From: a bacterium
GTDB lineage: Bacteria; Margulisbacteria; Marinamargulisbacteria; JABGVJ01
Length of the DNA: 43,558 nucleotides
Assembly (NCBI GenBank): GCA_018646105.1
Contig: JABGVJ010000020.1
Coordinates: forward strand, 1 to 43,558
Direction of reading: 5' to 3'
In this document: positions 35,672 to 43,495 of the stretch, in pieces
Position numbering within the stretch: the first letter of the stretch is position 1
Layout: every line of letters begins with the position of its first letter
The notes under the pieces: model-generated
What the model was told of the DNA's origin: nothing
The model's input: the letters and a program-made list of their open reading frames with translations, nothing else
The model's database searches: none
Program-made: the position numbers and the translations under genes

Positions 35672-36046
35672 ATGATTAAAAAAGTGTTTTATAAGATTAT
35701 AGCTATTAGTAATGAATATTCAGATTTAAGGGAGTTTACTTTTGAAGAAATGAAGAAATTCAACCTTGAATTGATGGAAATAGTGTCAAAAGAAGGTTCT
35801 GATGGTGTTAGATATGTTGTTGATAGCTCTGTACTTTTGGCTCATTTAACCAGTATTCAGGAGATTGCAACGCAGGCTCACGTTAATCCAAATCATGCGG
35901 TTAGTCAGTTATATAGAGCAAATTTGGAATTTTTGGGACATATTTTGAATTATCACGAAATTTTTTATGATGGTAATAAAGATTCTTTTTTTAATCATTT
36001 TCAAGATATGGTAGCGGCTAATGGCATTCAAGATAGCGATAAATAA
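35672..36046 (+). CDS. Hypothetical protein with KIIAISNE N-terminal motif
   Basis: 124-aa ORF with GGGAG RBS. The motif is shared with the 23238 ORF (KMIAVSNE). Confidence 0.7.
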   Translation: MIKKVFYKIIAISNEYSDLREFTFEEMKKFNLELMEIVSKEGSDGVRYVVDSSVLLAHLTSIQEIATQAHVNPNHAVSQLYRANLEFLGHILNYHEIFYDGNKDSFFNHFQDMVAANGIQDSDK

Positions 36047-36057
36047 ATAAGTTAATT

Positions 36058-36894
36058 TTAAATTTTAGGTAATAATTCCCAAATTAGAGTGGTGAGTTTA
36101 GGCATGATTTCTTGGGAGGCAGTCATGACTTCTTCATGAGATGGGGTATTGTTTGAAGTAGGGTCACTAATACAGACATTGGTAATGGTACTGATGGCTA
36201 AAACTTTGATACTAGCATGATGGGCTACAAGAGCTTCAGATGCAGTACTCATACCTACAGCATCAGCAAAATTTTTCAAGAAACGTATTTCAGCTGCGGA
36301 TTCGTAATTTGGGCCAGAAACACAGGCATAGGTTCCTTCTTTTAAATCAAGGTTTTGGTGCTGAGCAAGAGTTTTTATGGTCGCTAATAGTTTTTGGTTA
36401 TAAATATCGTTTGCGGCAATAAATCGTGGGCCATGCTCATTAAGATTGGGGCCGCGTAAGGGATTTAAACCACACATTCCAGGAAAATTGATATGATCAT
36501 TAATCAGCATTAGATCCCCTACCCTAAAATCTGGATTTAAGCCGCCAGCGGCATTGGTAAGTAGAAGTGTTTGGATACCTAGTTCTTTGAGTACTCTGAT
36601 GGGAAACGTGGTGGTTTGGGGTGTATGACCTTCGTAAAGATGAAATCGGCCTTGCAAAAGGCAAACAGGTACATTGTTTAGCTTACCAAACAAAAGATTG
36701 CCTAGATGACCAGGAATCGTACAAACTGGAAAGTGAGGGATTTCGCTGTAAGGAATAGTGTCTTTATATTCTAGTTTTTGCGCAAGTTCTCCAAGACCAC
36801 TACCTAAGACAATCGCTATTTTGGGTTGATACTTGGTTTTGGTTCGTATATGTCTGGCTGCTTCTTGATATTGATTTAGAGTATATGCGTACAT
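36058..36894 (-). CDS. punA: Purine nucleoside phosphorylase (trimeric type I, PunA/XapA family)
   Basis: VLGSGLG, GRFHLYEG, TNAAGGLN, DHIN, GPNYE, DAVGMST and ITN. Confidence 0.92.
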   Translation of the reverse strand: MYAYTLNQYQEAARHIRTKTKYQPKIAIVLGSGLGELAQKLEYKDTIPYSEIPHFPVCTIPGHLGNLLFGKLNNVPVCLLQGRFHLYEGHTPQTTTFPIRVLKELGIQTLLLTNAAGGLNPDFRVGDLMLINDHINFPGMCGLNPLRGPNLNEHGPRFIAANDIYNQKLLATIKTLAQHQNLDLKEGTYACVSGPNYESAAEIRFLKNFADAVGMSTASEALVAHHASIKVLAISTITNVCISDPTSNNTPSHEEVMTASQEIMPKLTTLIWELLPKI

Positions 36895-36895
36895 T

Positions 36896-37369
36896 TTATA
36901 AATTTAAAAAGCTTTTTAGTTCTACTAATTTAGTAATATGTTTTTCTTCGGTTTTGATAATCATGTCTAAAGACGAATGATTATCTGGACTTACATAATT
37001 TTTGAGACCTACATAGAACAGAATCGAGTCTTTTTCGCGGGCAATAGCATACTTAATAGCTTTACTACGATCTTCTAATAAAAGCACTAAATCTTGGGAG
37101 TATTTACGTTGGTCGGCGATAAGCTCTTGGATATAAGCTTGATATTCTTGGTTTTGGGATACGCCGGGAGTTTGTTCCTTGGAAATTTCCTCAAGAAATT
37201 TTTCATAATAATTTTGATGATGTAATTCTTCTTTGGCTAATAAACTAAAAATTTGTTTCGCTTTAGGTGGATCTGTAATTTCGCTTAATTTAGTATAGAG
37301 GGTATAAGCTTCTTTTTCGCGTTCAATAGCAAAATTAATGATTTCACTTAAATAAAATATTTTAGACAT
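36896..37369 (-). CDS. Rubrerythrin/ferritin-like diiron protein
   Basis: AIEREKEA-x-x-LY ... LAKEELHH and AIAREKDSILFY ... IIKTEEKH (paired E...ExxH motifs). Confidence 0.87.
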   Translation of the reverse strand: MSKIFYLSEIINFAIEREKEAYTLYTKLSEITDPPKAKQIFSLLAKEELHHQNYYEKFLEEISKEQTPGVSQNQEYQAYIQELIADQRKYSQDLVLLLEDRSKAIKYAIAREKDSILFYVGLKNYVSPDNHSSLDMIIKTEEKHITKLVELKSFLNL

Positions 37370-37437
37370 ATTAGTTGATCCTCCGGTTTTCGGTATTTTG
37401 AGTCGTTAATTTATATTTTAGCATATGGAAACCTTTA

Positions 37438-37468
37438 AGCCTCACCCTAAATCCCTCTACACTTGTGG
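37438..37468 (+). repeat. Truncated short REP-like element
   Basis: AGCCTCACCCTAAATCCCTCTACACTTGTGG. The core is the reverse complement of the 16639 core and the right arm is missing. Confidence 0.7.
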
Positions 37469-37486
37469 CACAAGAGTCCGAACCTT

Positions 37487-37565
37487 GTGCCCTCACCCCC
37501 TAACCCCCTCTCCCGTGGAGAAGTTATAGTGTTTTTCAGTAAGGCTATAGTCGGGAGAGGGGGAA
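37487..37565 (+). repeat. REP-like element, long-loop type A
   Basis: GTGCCCTCACCCCCTAACCCCCTCTCCCG...GTAAGGCTATAGTCGGGAGAGGGGGAA. Confidence 0.9.
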
Positions 37566-37690
37566 CAGATTTTGTCTAGAAAGCATTAAGAGACAGAAAA
37601 TATTAGAATTATAAATATAGATGACAAAATATCATTAAAGGGTATATGTTATGGATTTTTATTATCATAAACTAAGGTTAGCTATAGCCT

Positions 37691-37767
37691 ATCCCCCTCT
37701 CCCGAATATAAACTAACTGAGTAATTTATTCTATTTCCACGGGAGAGGGGCTAGGGGTGAGGGCACG
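37691..37767 (-). repeat. REP-like element, long-loop type B, reverse orientation
   Basis: Reverse complement reads CGTGCCCTCACCCCTAGCCCCTCTCCCGTGGAAATAGAATAAATTACTCAGTTAGTTTATATTCGGGAGAGGGGG. Confidence 0.9.
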
Positions 37768-37813
37768 TTTTTTTGCTAGTGATCCTTGGTAAGGTGGTGC
37801 AGCTTAAAGCATA

Positions 37814-39100
37814 TTAAAGCCCAATATCAGTAGGTGAACGGCCTAGGGATTTGAGCAAGTCTACGGTTTCCTGAACACTTTGGGCGACTTCTGCGTCAAG
37901 ACCGGCACGGTTATCATAAATATGATACAGTTTTTTATATTTTGTAGGTGTAAGATTGATCATCATGGAATTGGCGCCTGCTAAAAGACCTTGTTTTTTG
38001 GCATTTGCGTCTAGAGTTTCTAAAGCTGTGGTTACTAAAATATTGGAATTGGGATCTGCAATACGTGCTAAGGCAATGGTTTTTAAAACAAGTTCTATAG
38101 AGATTGGTGATCGTGTTGCTAAAGGCGTATTTTTACTAGGAATTAAAGGACCAAAAGAATACATGTCCGGAGCTAAAGATTTGGTGAGTAAAATATTATT
38201 TAAAATAGCTTCTTCAGAATCATCTCCAGGAAGTCCTAAAATAAAGCCTGTAGCTAAAACATATCCTATTTTACGGACATGTTTAATAAGATCAATTCTT
38301 TGGTCTAAAGTAGTAGGTGGTCGTAAGGTCTGAAACACATGCGGATTGGAAGTTTCAAATCTGATAAGAGCCGCTCTTGCTCCTGCTATATATAATTTTT
38401 CGTAAGTTTCTTTGCTCCTGGATCCAATACTAATAAAAACTAAAACCCCTATTTTTTTTACTTTACGCACAATTTCTGCCAATATTTCATCTGTATAATA
38501 ATAATCTTCGCCGGATTGTAAAACCAAAGCTTTGAAATCAAAATCTTTTACGGCTTTTTTAGCTGCTTGTACAATCTCGTTAATACTCATACGGTATCTG
38601 GGTATTTTTTGTTCCTGACGAATACCACAATAAAAACAGGAGTTTTGACAATAATTAGAAAATTCAATAATGCCATGCACGCAGCTAGCATTACCATGTT
38701 CACGTTGTCTGATATGATTAGCAATTTCATAAAGTACGCTTAATTCAGCAGGATTATTTAGTTTGGCTATGGTTAAAAGCTCTTCTTTTTTTAAACTTTT
38801 TTGCAAGTTAACTTTTTGTAAAACAGCTAAAAGATTGGCGGGAATTTTATCCTGATCTAGTTTAGATAAAGAAGCATCTACTTTTTTTAATTCAAAAAAG
38901 ATATCTTCAAAAACTTTGAGTATTTTTTTGGCTTCAGAAGCTGGTATTTTGCGTACAAACACGCCGCCTTGCGCATATACGTAGTCACCGACTTTAACCT
39001 TGGTATCATCAAGTAAGATATTTCTTTTTTCACCATAATAATCAATTATGGCTTTGGGGTATTTAATTTCAATTATTTGAGCTGGTATGGCATAACACAT
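37814..39100 (-). CDS. HypC - HydE-like radical SAM fusion protein
   Basis: Residues ~1-70, MCYAIPAQI...VKVGDYVYAQGG...EAKKIL, are HypC/HupF-like. The remainder has GIIEFSNYCQNSCFYCGIR, LQSGED, RFET, GLPG, GPLIP-x-x-x-TPL, TTALETL and GAN-x-x-M-x-NLTP...YHIYDNR, which are HydE/PylB-type. Confidence 0.88.
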   Translation of the reverse strand: MCYAIPAQIIEIKYPKAIIDYYGEKRNILLDDTKVKVGDYVYAQGGVFVRKIPASEAKKILKVFEDIFFELKKVDASLSKLDQDKIPANLLAVLQKVNLQKSLKKEELLTIAKLNNPAELSVLYEIANHIRQREHGNASCVHGIIEFSNYCQNSCFYCGIRQEQKIPRYRMSINEIVQAAKKAVKDFDFKALVLQSGEDYYYTDEILAEIVRKVKKIGVLVFISIGSRSKETYEKLYIAGARAALIRFETSNPHVFQTLRPPTTLDQRIDLIKHVRKIGYVLATGFILGLPGDDSEEAILNNILLTKSLAPDMYSFGPLIPSKNTPLATRSPISIELVLKTIALARIADPNSNILVTTALETLDANAKKQGLLAGANSMMINLTPTKYKKLYHIYDNRAGLDAEVAQSVQETVDLLKSLGRSPTDIGL

Positions 39101-39567
39101 TTCAATCTCATTTCTAATGTTTTTTTTATTATCTTAATTACTTCTGAGATTTTGTCATTTATTACTTTACTTAGACCTTCTCCAAAAGAGATATCTTGCG
39201 GTTGGATGCCTATAATCTGAATTTTGGTTTTGATGTCTAGTTCTTTTACTAATTTTAGTACTTCTGCCAAACCAAAACCATGTGTGGACAGAGAGTCATT
39301 TTTTATTTTCAGCTGCACTTCTGCTGGTGAAAAACAAACAATTTCTCCAGCTGGTTTGCCCATATTTACGGCATCAATAAGGATAACTTGAGTATATTCT
39401 TTAATATAATCTATTAAAGTAAGACCGTCAGTACCACCGTCTAGCAAATCAGCCTCTATTTCCTTTTGCGTTTGCAAAAGTTTGATAATATAGGGGCCAA
39501 TACCATCATCTTTACGATATGGATTACCTACCCCAATAATAAGAACTTTATTATTCGAATTCGACAT
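39073..39567 (-). CDS. Hydrogenase maturation protease (HycI/HybD family)
   Basis: IGVGNPYRKDDGIG, DGGT, IDAV, STHG and GIQP. Confidence 0.93.
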   Translation of the reverse strand: MSNSNNKVLIIGVGNPYRKDDGIGPYIIKLLQTQKEIEADLLDGGTDGLTLIDYIKEYTQVILIDAVNMGKPAGEIVCFSPAEVQLKIKNDSLSTHGFGLAEVLKLVKELDIKTKIQIIGIQPQDISFGEGLSKVINDKISEVIKIIKKTLEMRLKCVMPYQLK

Positions 39568-40840
39568 TCAAAATATGTGCTGAACAAGAAATGCAAGGGT
39601 CATAAGCTCTTACCAACATTTCTAACATTAAACTGATATCTTCTTTACTTTTATCTAAAATTGTAGGAACTAAAGCTCTGAAATCATCTTCAATATTTTG
39701 GAGATTTTGTCCTGTTGGAATAATACAATTGGCTTTTTGGATATAACCTTGATCATTGTAGACATAATCATGAAAAAGAATACCTCTAGGTACTTCTACG
39801 GCACCAATACCGCGGCCAGGTTTGATGGTAAATTTACGGTTTTCCAATTCAACCCCGTTATCTAATAAGGATTGTGCAGCTTTGATACCTTCATCTGCCA
39901 AATGAAAAAGCTCGACAAATTGAGCGATGGTAATCATATATGGATTGTAGCAAGGAGCTTTTAAGCCTAAATCTGCGGCAATAGTTTTAGCATCTTCACT
40001 TAACCATTGATGATTGTTATTAAATCTGGCTAGGGCTCCTACCATATAGGATTTACGATTATGTTTGGCGCGTTTAGCTGTAGAATGATCTACTAAATAT
40101 TCGTTCGTAATATCCAAATAGTTTTTGTAAGATGTTTCTCCTATATCAGAAGAATAAATATTACCTTCCAAGAAAGCATATTCTCCATATTTATATAAGG
40201 AAATATATTCTGTTTCACGTTCAAAATTCGGGATGATAAAAGTTTTGAGAATTCCGATATCTTTTTTTAGTTCGGTTTTGGCTTCTTCTAGTCTATGGAT
40301 AATATCGTGTAATATTTCCGGAGTGGGTATTTTAGTCATGGCTTTGACACGCATAGCTGTGGGGTGAATCAAACGACCACCGATCATATTGCCTATTTCA
40401 TGGCCTAGTTTTTTGAGCTTTAAAGCGCGAACAACTACATCTTTATGGGTATTCACTAAAGGAAGTACACTTTTGGCGCCAGCAAAGTCTGGGACCGCTA
40501 GAAAATAAATATGTAATACATGACTTTCATAATGCTCACCAATATTCATTAGACAACGAAGATTTTTTTCTTGCTCTGAAATTTTAATACCAAAAGCATC
40601 TTCTGAAGCAGTTAAACTACCTAACACATGGCCTACAGAACAAATACCGCAAATACGACTGGTAATCAGAGCAGATTCATCATAATGCCGGTTTTTAAGC
40701 ATGGCCTCAAAAAAACGAGGTGCTTCCACTATTTCTAATTTACATTCTTTTAGTTCGCCACTTTGGACATCTATTTTAATATTGCCATGTCCTTCTACTC
40801 TAGTAATATGTTGAATATCTATTTTGACATCTTTACTCAT
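39551..40840 (-). CDS. Group 3b [NiFe]-hydrogenase (sulfhydrogenase) large (alpha) subunit
   Basis: TRVEGHG, PRFFE, L1 motif RICGIC, EVPRG, and L2 motif DPCISCSAH followed by a 7-aa cleavable tail. Confidence 0.94.
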   Translation of the reverse strand: MSKDVKIDIQHITRVEGHGNIKIDVQSGELKECKLEIVEAPRFFEAMLKNRHYDESALITSRICGICSVGHVLGSLTASEDAFGIKISEQEKNLRCLMNIGEHYESHVLHIYFLAVPDFAGAKSVLPLVNTHKDVVVRALKLKKLGHEIGNMIGGRLIHPTAMRVKAMTKIPTPEILHDIIHRLEEAKTELKKDIGILKTFIIPNFERETEYISLYKYGEYAFLEGNIYSSDIGETSYKNYLDITNEYLVDHSTAKRAKHNRKSYMVGALARFNNNHQWLSEDAKTIAADLGLKAPCYNPYMITIAQFVELFHLADEGIKAAQSLLDNGVELENRKFTIKPGRGIGAVEVPRGILFHDYVYNDQGYIQKANCIIPTGQNLQNIEDDFRALVPTILDKSKEDISLMLEMLVRAYDPCISCSAHILNVEFE

Positions 40841-41586
40841 TTTGGGAAAACCTCCTTATTTCTTTCTAAAAACAGCTTAAATTTATCCATCATTTTTTCA
40901 TATGTAAGATTATATTTTTGTATAATATCTTTTTGTGAATGAAGGTTGGGTTCTGTAATTAAACCGCGACAGCCAAAACAATAACCTCCGTTACTGGGGC
41001 AACGAGCATCACAGCCAGCTCTAATCACCGGCCCCAAACATTGCATTCCTAGCTCATAAACACATACATTTTCATTTTTTTTACATTCCATACATACAGG
41101 GTAGTCTGGTAAACCAGGTTTTTTACCTAAAACCAGGTTTTTGACAACTTTTATAAATTCATTGGTATCAATGGGACAACCTGGAATAAAGGCATCTACT
41201 TGTACTACTTCACTAATAGCTCTGGCATGGCTAGTTTCGTATTTTTGTGGGGCGGTAGGATATACTGCTTCTTGATATTCATCTTTAGTTTGAAAGTTTT
41301 TCAAGGCATTAATGCCTCCGATATGCGCACATGCGCCTAAAGCAATTAAGATTTTTGCTTTATCTCTGATTTTTTGTAAACGAGGTATATCGGATTCGCG
41401 CGTAATAGAACCTTCGATAATGGCAATATCAAAAGTATCGGCTTTTTCACTAATAGCTTCTCTAAATTCGACAATATCGATAACATTTAAAAGATCTAAT
41501 AGTTGTTCGGGATGTAAATCTAAAACACATAGTTGACACCCTTCACAAGAAGCAAAGTCAAAAAAAGCAACTTTAGGCTTGGACAT
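40837..41586 (-). CDS. Group 3b [NiFe]-hydrogenase small (delta) subunit
   Basis: SCEGCQ, EGS, GACA-x-x-GG, IPGCP, VCMEC, CLGPV-x-x-AGC-x-x-x-CP and CFGCRG. Confidence 0.93.
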   Translation of the reverse strand: MSKPKVAFFDFASCEGCQLCVLDLHPEQLLDLLNVIDIVEFREAISEKADTFDIAIIEGSITRESDIPRLQKIRDKAKILIALGACAHIGGINALKNFQTKDEYQEAVYPTAPQKYETSHARAISEVVQVDAFIPGCPIDTNEFIKVVKNLVLGKKPGLPDYPVCMECKKNENVCVYELGMQCLGPVIRAGCDARCPSNGGYCFGCRGLITEPNLHSQKDIIQKYNLTYEKMMDKFKLFLERNKEVFPK

Positions 41587-41588
41587 TT

Positions 41589-42449
41589 TTATAATACCTC
41601 CTCTTTCTGATAAACATCTTCATAATTAAAAACTGGACCTTCCTGGCAAACATAAACTCCATCCATTTGACAGTGTCCACATTTACCAACTCCACATTTC
41701 ATTCTACGTTCCAAAGACATATAAATATTTTTTTTAGGTATATCTTTTTCCATTAAAGAGATTAAAACAAACTTATACATAATAGGCGGACCTACAATAA
41801 CGGCAATGGTTTTAGCGGGGTCAAATTTTACTTTAGGAATTAAAGTTGTGATAACTCCTTGATTGCCAGTCCAATCTGTATCAGCATGATCTACGGTTTC
41901 CAAAAATTCGATATTAGAGCCCATAGCTTTGATTTTGGTTAATTCATCTTGATACATTCTTTCTTTCGGTGTTTTACAACCATACAAAATTGAGATTTTT
42001 TGATATTTTTGAGGACTTTTTAAAACTTTGTTAATTAAAGATCTTAGAGGAACATAACCAATTCCGCCGGCAATAAATAAAAGATGTTTACCTTGCATTT
42101 TTGCTAAAATCTGATCATCAAAACCATGTCCAAACGGGCCTCGAATAAATATTTCGTCCCCTACTTTTAAAGTATGCAGCTTGTTGGTGACATTACCAAC
42201 AGCACGTACGCAAAGATCAAAAAAATGATCTGAACTCGGAGGAGAAGAAATAGAAATAGGCGCTTCGCCAATACCTAAAATAGAAAGTTGTACAAATTGG
42301 CCTGGAACATGTCCTAAGGATTTTTGACTAACTAGCTCTAATTTAAAAAATTTCTCTTTTTCTGTGAAAGTTTTAATTTCTACAATTCGGGCTTTTTCCG
42401 GGATGTATAGGTTTTCGTCTTTATTTTTGAGTTTTAATTCTTTACACAT
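41589..42449 (-). CDS. Sulfhydrogenase gamma subunit (FAD/NAD(P)-binding, 2Fe-2S)
   Basis: PGQF, GEAPISISS, RGPFG, AGGIG, GPPIM and ERRMKCGVGKCGHC...VC-x-EGPVF. Confidence 0.92.
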   Translation of the reverse strand: MCKELKLKNKDENLYIPEKARIVEIKTFTEKEKFFKLELVSQKSLGHVPGQFVQLSILGIGEAPISISSPPSSDHFFDLCVRAVGNVTNKLHTLKVGDEIFIRGPFGHGFDDQILAKMQGKHLLFIAGGIGYVPLRSLINKVLKSPQKYQKISILYGCKTPKERMYQDELTKIKAMGSNIEFLETVDHADTDWTGNQGVITTLIPKVKFDPAKTIAVIVGPPIMYKFVLISLMEKDIPKKNIYMSLERRMKCGVGKCGHCQMDGVYVCQEGPVFNYEDVYQKEEVL

Positions 42450-42466
42450 TATTTGGTTCCTTCCTG

Positions 42467-43495
42467 TTATTCTTGTTCACCTGTTAATACTTTAACAATT
42501 AATTTAGGGTTAATGTCTGCTAAGCAGGCGCGAACACATCTGCCACAACCTACACAAACTGCCTGCCCATGTTTTTTCATCAAATAGTTAAACTTTCGGT
42601 TAAGACGATGTTTCAATCTGTTTTCTGCCTTATCTCGAAAATTTTCGCCGCCAGCGACTTCGGCAAAAGAACTGAGCATACAAGCATCCCAACGTCGTAA
42701 TCTTTCACCTTTTTGTAAATTCAAAGCAAATTCATCTGCTACGTCAAAACAATAACAAGTCGGACATACCATGATACAAGAACCACAACTTAAGCATTTG
42801 GATCCTTTTTCTTTCCAGATAACATGATTTTGATTTTTTGAAAAAATTTCTGGTAATTTATCTAAATCTCTAAAAGGGGCAACCAGGCTAAAAGATTTTT
42901 TTTTGGCAGCTTGATACTTGGTTAAGGCCTGTTCGCTGCCAGGACTGCTTTGTAAATATTCTTGAGCGAATTTTTTACCTTTGTCCGTAATAATAGTAAG
43001 TGCAAACTCTAATCCTAAGTCATGTAAAAAAAGGTCAGCTCCTTTAGTGGAATTTTGAGATTTTACACGGTAACAAAAAGCATTTTCGTCACATAGTTTT
43101 TCACAATCTAGGCCAATAACAAGACTATTTTCTTTTTTAGCCAGATAATTGGGGTCGCCTTTACTTTCGGCAAAAGCTTCATTTAAAATATGAATGCCAT
43201 TAACATCACAAGGTCTGATTCCAAAAAGTATCGTAGGTTTCGTTTCGCTTTTAGGCGTAACTTCACCGTCTGCTGTATATTCGAACAAAACTTCTTCTTT
43301 GGGAAAAAAGAATTTTTTAGGGGAGAGTACGGTCGGATGGTATTTGAAAATTATTTCTTTGCTCTTTTGGATATAATCATACAAATAATTTTCACCTTTT
43401 TTCTTTAAAGCTATTAAATCGTATTTTTGAATAGTTTTTTCTAAATTTTCTAAAAGTATTTTTTTATCTATTTTTAAACTAGAATTTAGGGACAT
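42467..43495 (-). CDS. Sulfhydrogenase beta subunit (4Fe-4S dicluster)
   Basis: FGIRPCD, CLSCGSCIMVCPTCYCF, RRWDAC and CVGCGRCVRAC. Start placed at ATG 43495 behind AGAAAGG. Confidence 0.9.
   Translation of the reverse strand: MSLNSSLKIDKKILLENLEKTIQKYDLIALKKKGENYLYDYIQKSKEIIFKYHPTVLSPKKFFFPKEEVLFEYTADGEVTPKSETKPTILFGIRPCDVNGIHILNEAFAESKGDPNYLAKKENSLVIGLDCEKLCDENAFCYRVKSQNSTKGADLFLHDLGLEFALTIITDKGKKFAQEYLQSSPGSEQALTKYQAAKKKSFSLVAPFRDLDKLPEIFSKNQNHVIWKEKGSKCLSCGSCIMVCPTCYCFDVADEFALNLQKGERLRRWDACMLSSFAEVAGGENFRDKAENRLKHRLNRKFNYLMKKHGQAVCVGCGRCVRACLADINPKLIVKVLTGEQE

Noticed and set aside
37814-38880. Biotin synthase BioB or PylB call for the radical SAM domain
   Set aside because: IEFSNYC, LQSGED, TTAL and NLTP...YxxYD fit HydE better than BioB, there are no bio or pyl genes, and the context is a hydrogenase operon. 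PylB is not strictly excluded without a tree.
39551-40840. [NiFeSe] hydrogenase or recoded stop
   Set aside because: All four ligands are plain Cys (RICGIC, DPCISC) with no in-frame TGA.
898-43408. Short antisense or alternate-frame ORFs (e.g. 898-1140, 1908-2216, 3175-3423, 6136-6417, 22266-22637, 27234-27551, 37956-38333, 43190-43408)
   Set aside because: They lie within well-supported genes and show no motifs or RBSs, so they are shadow ORFs.
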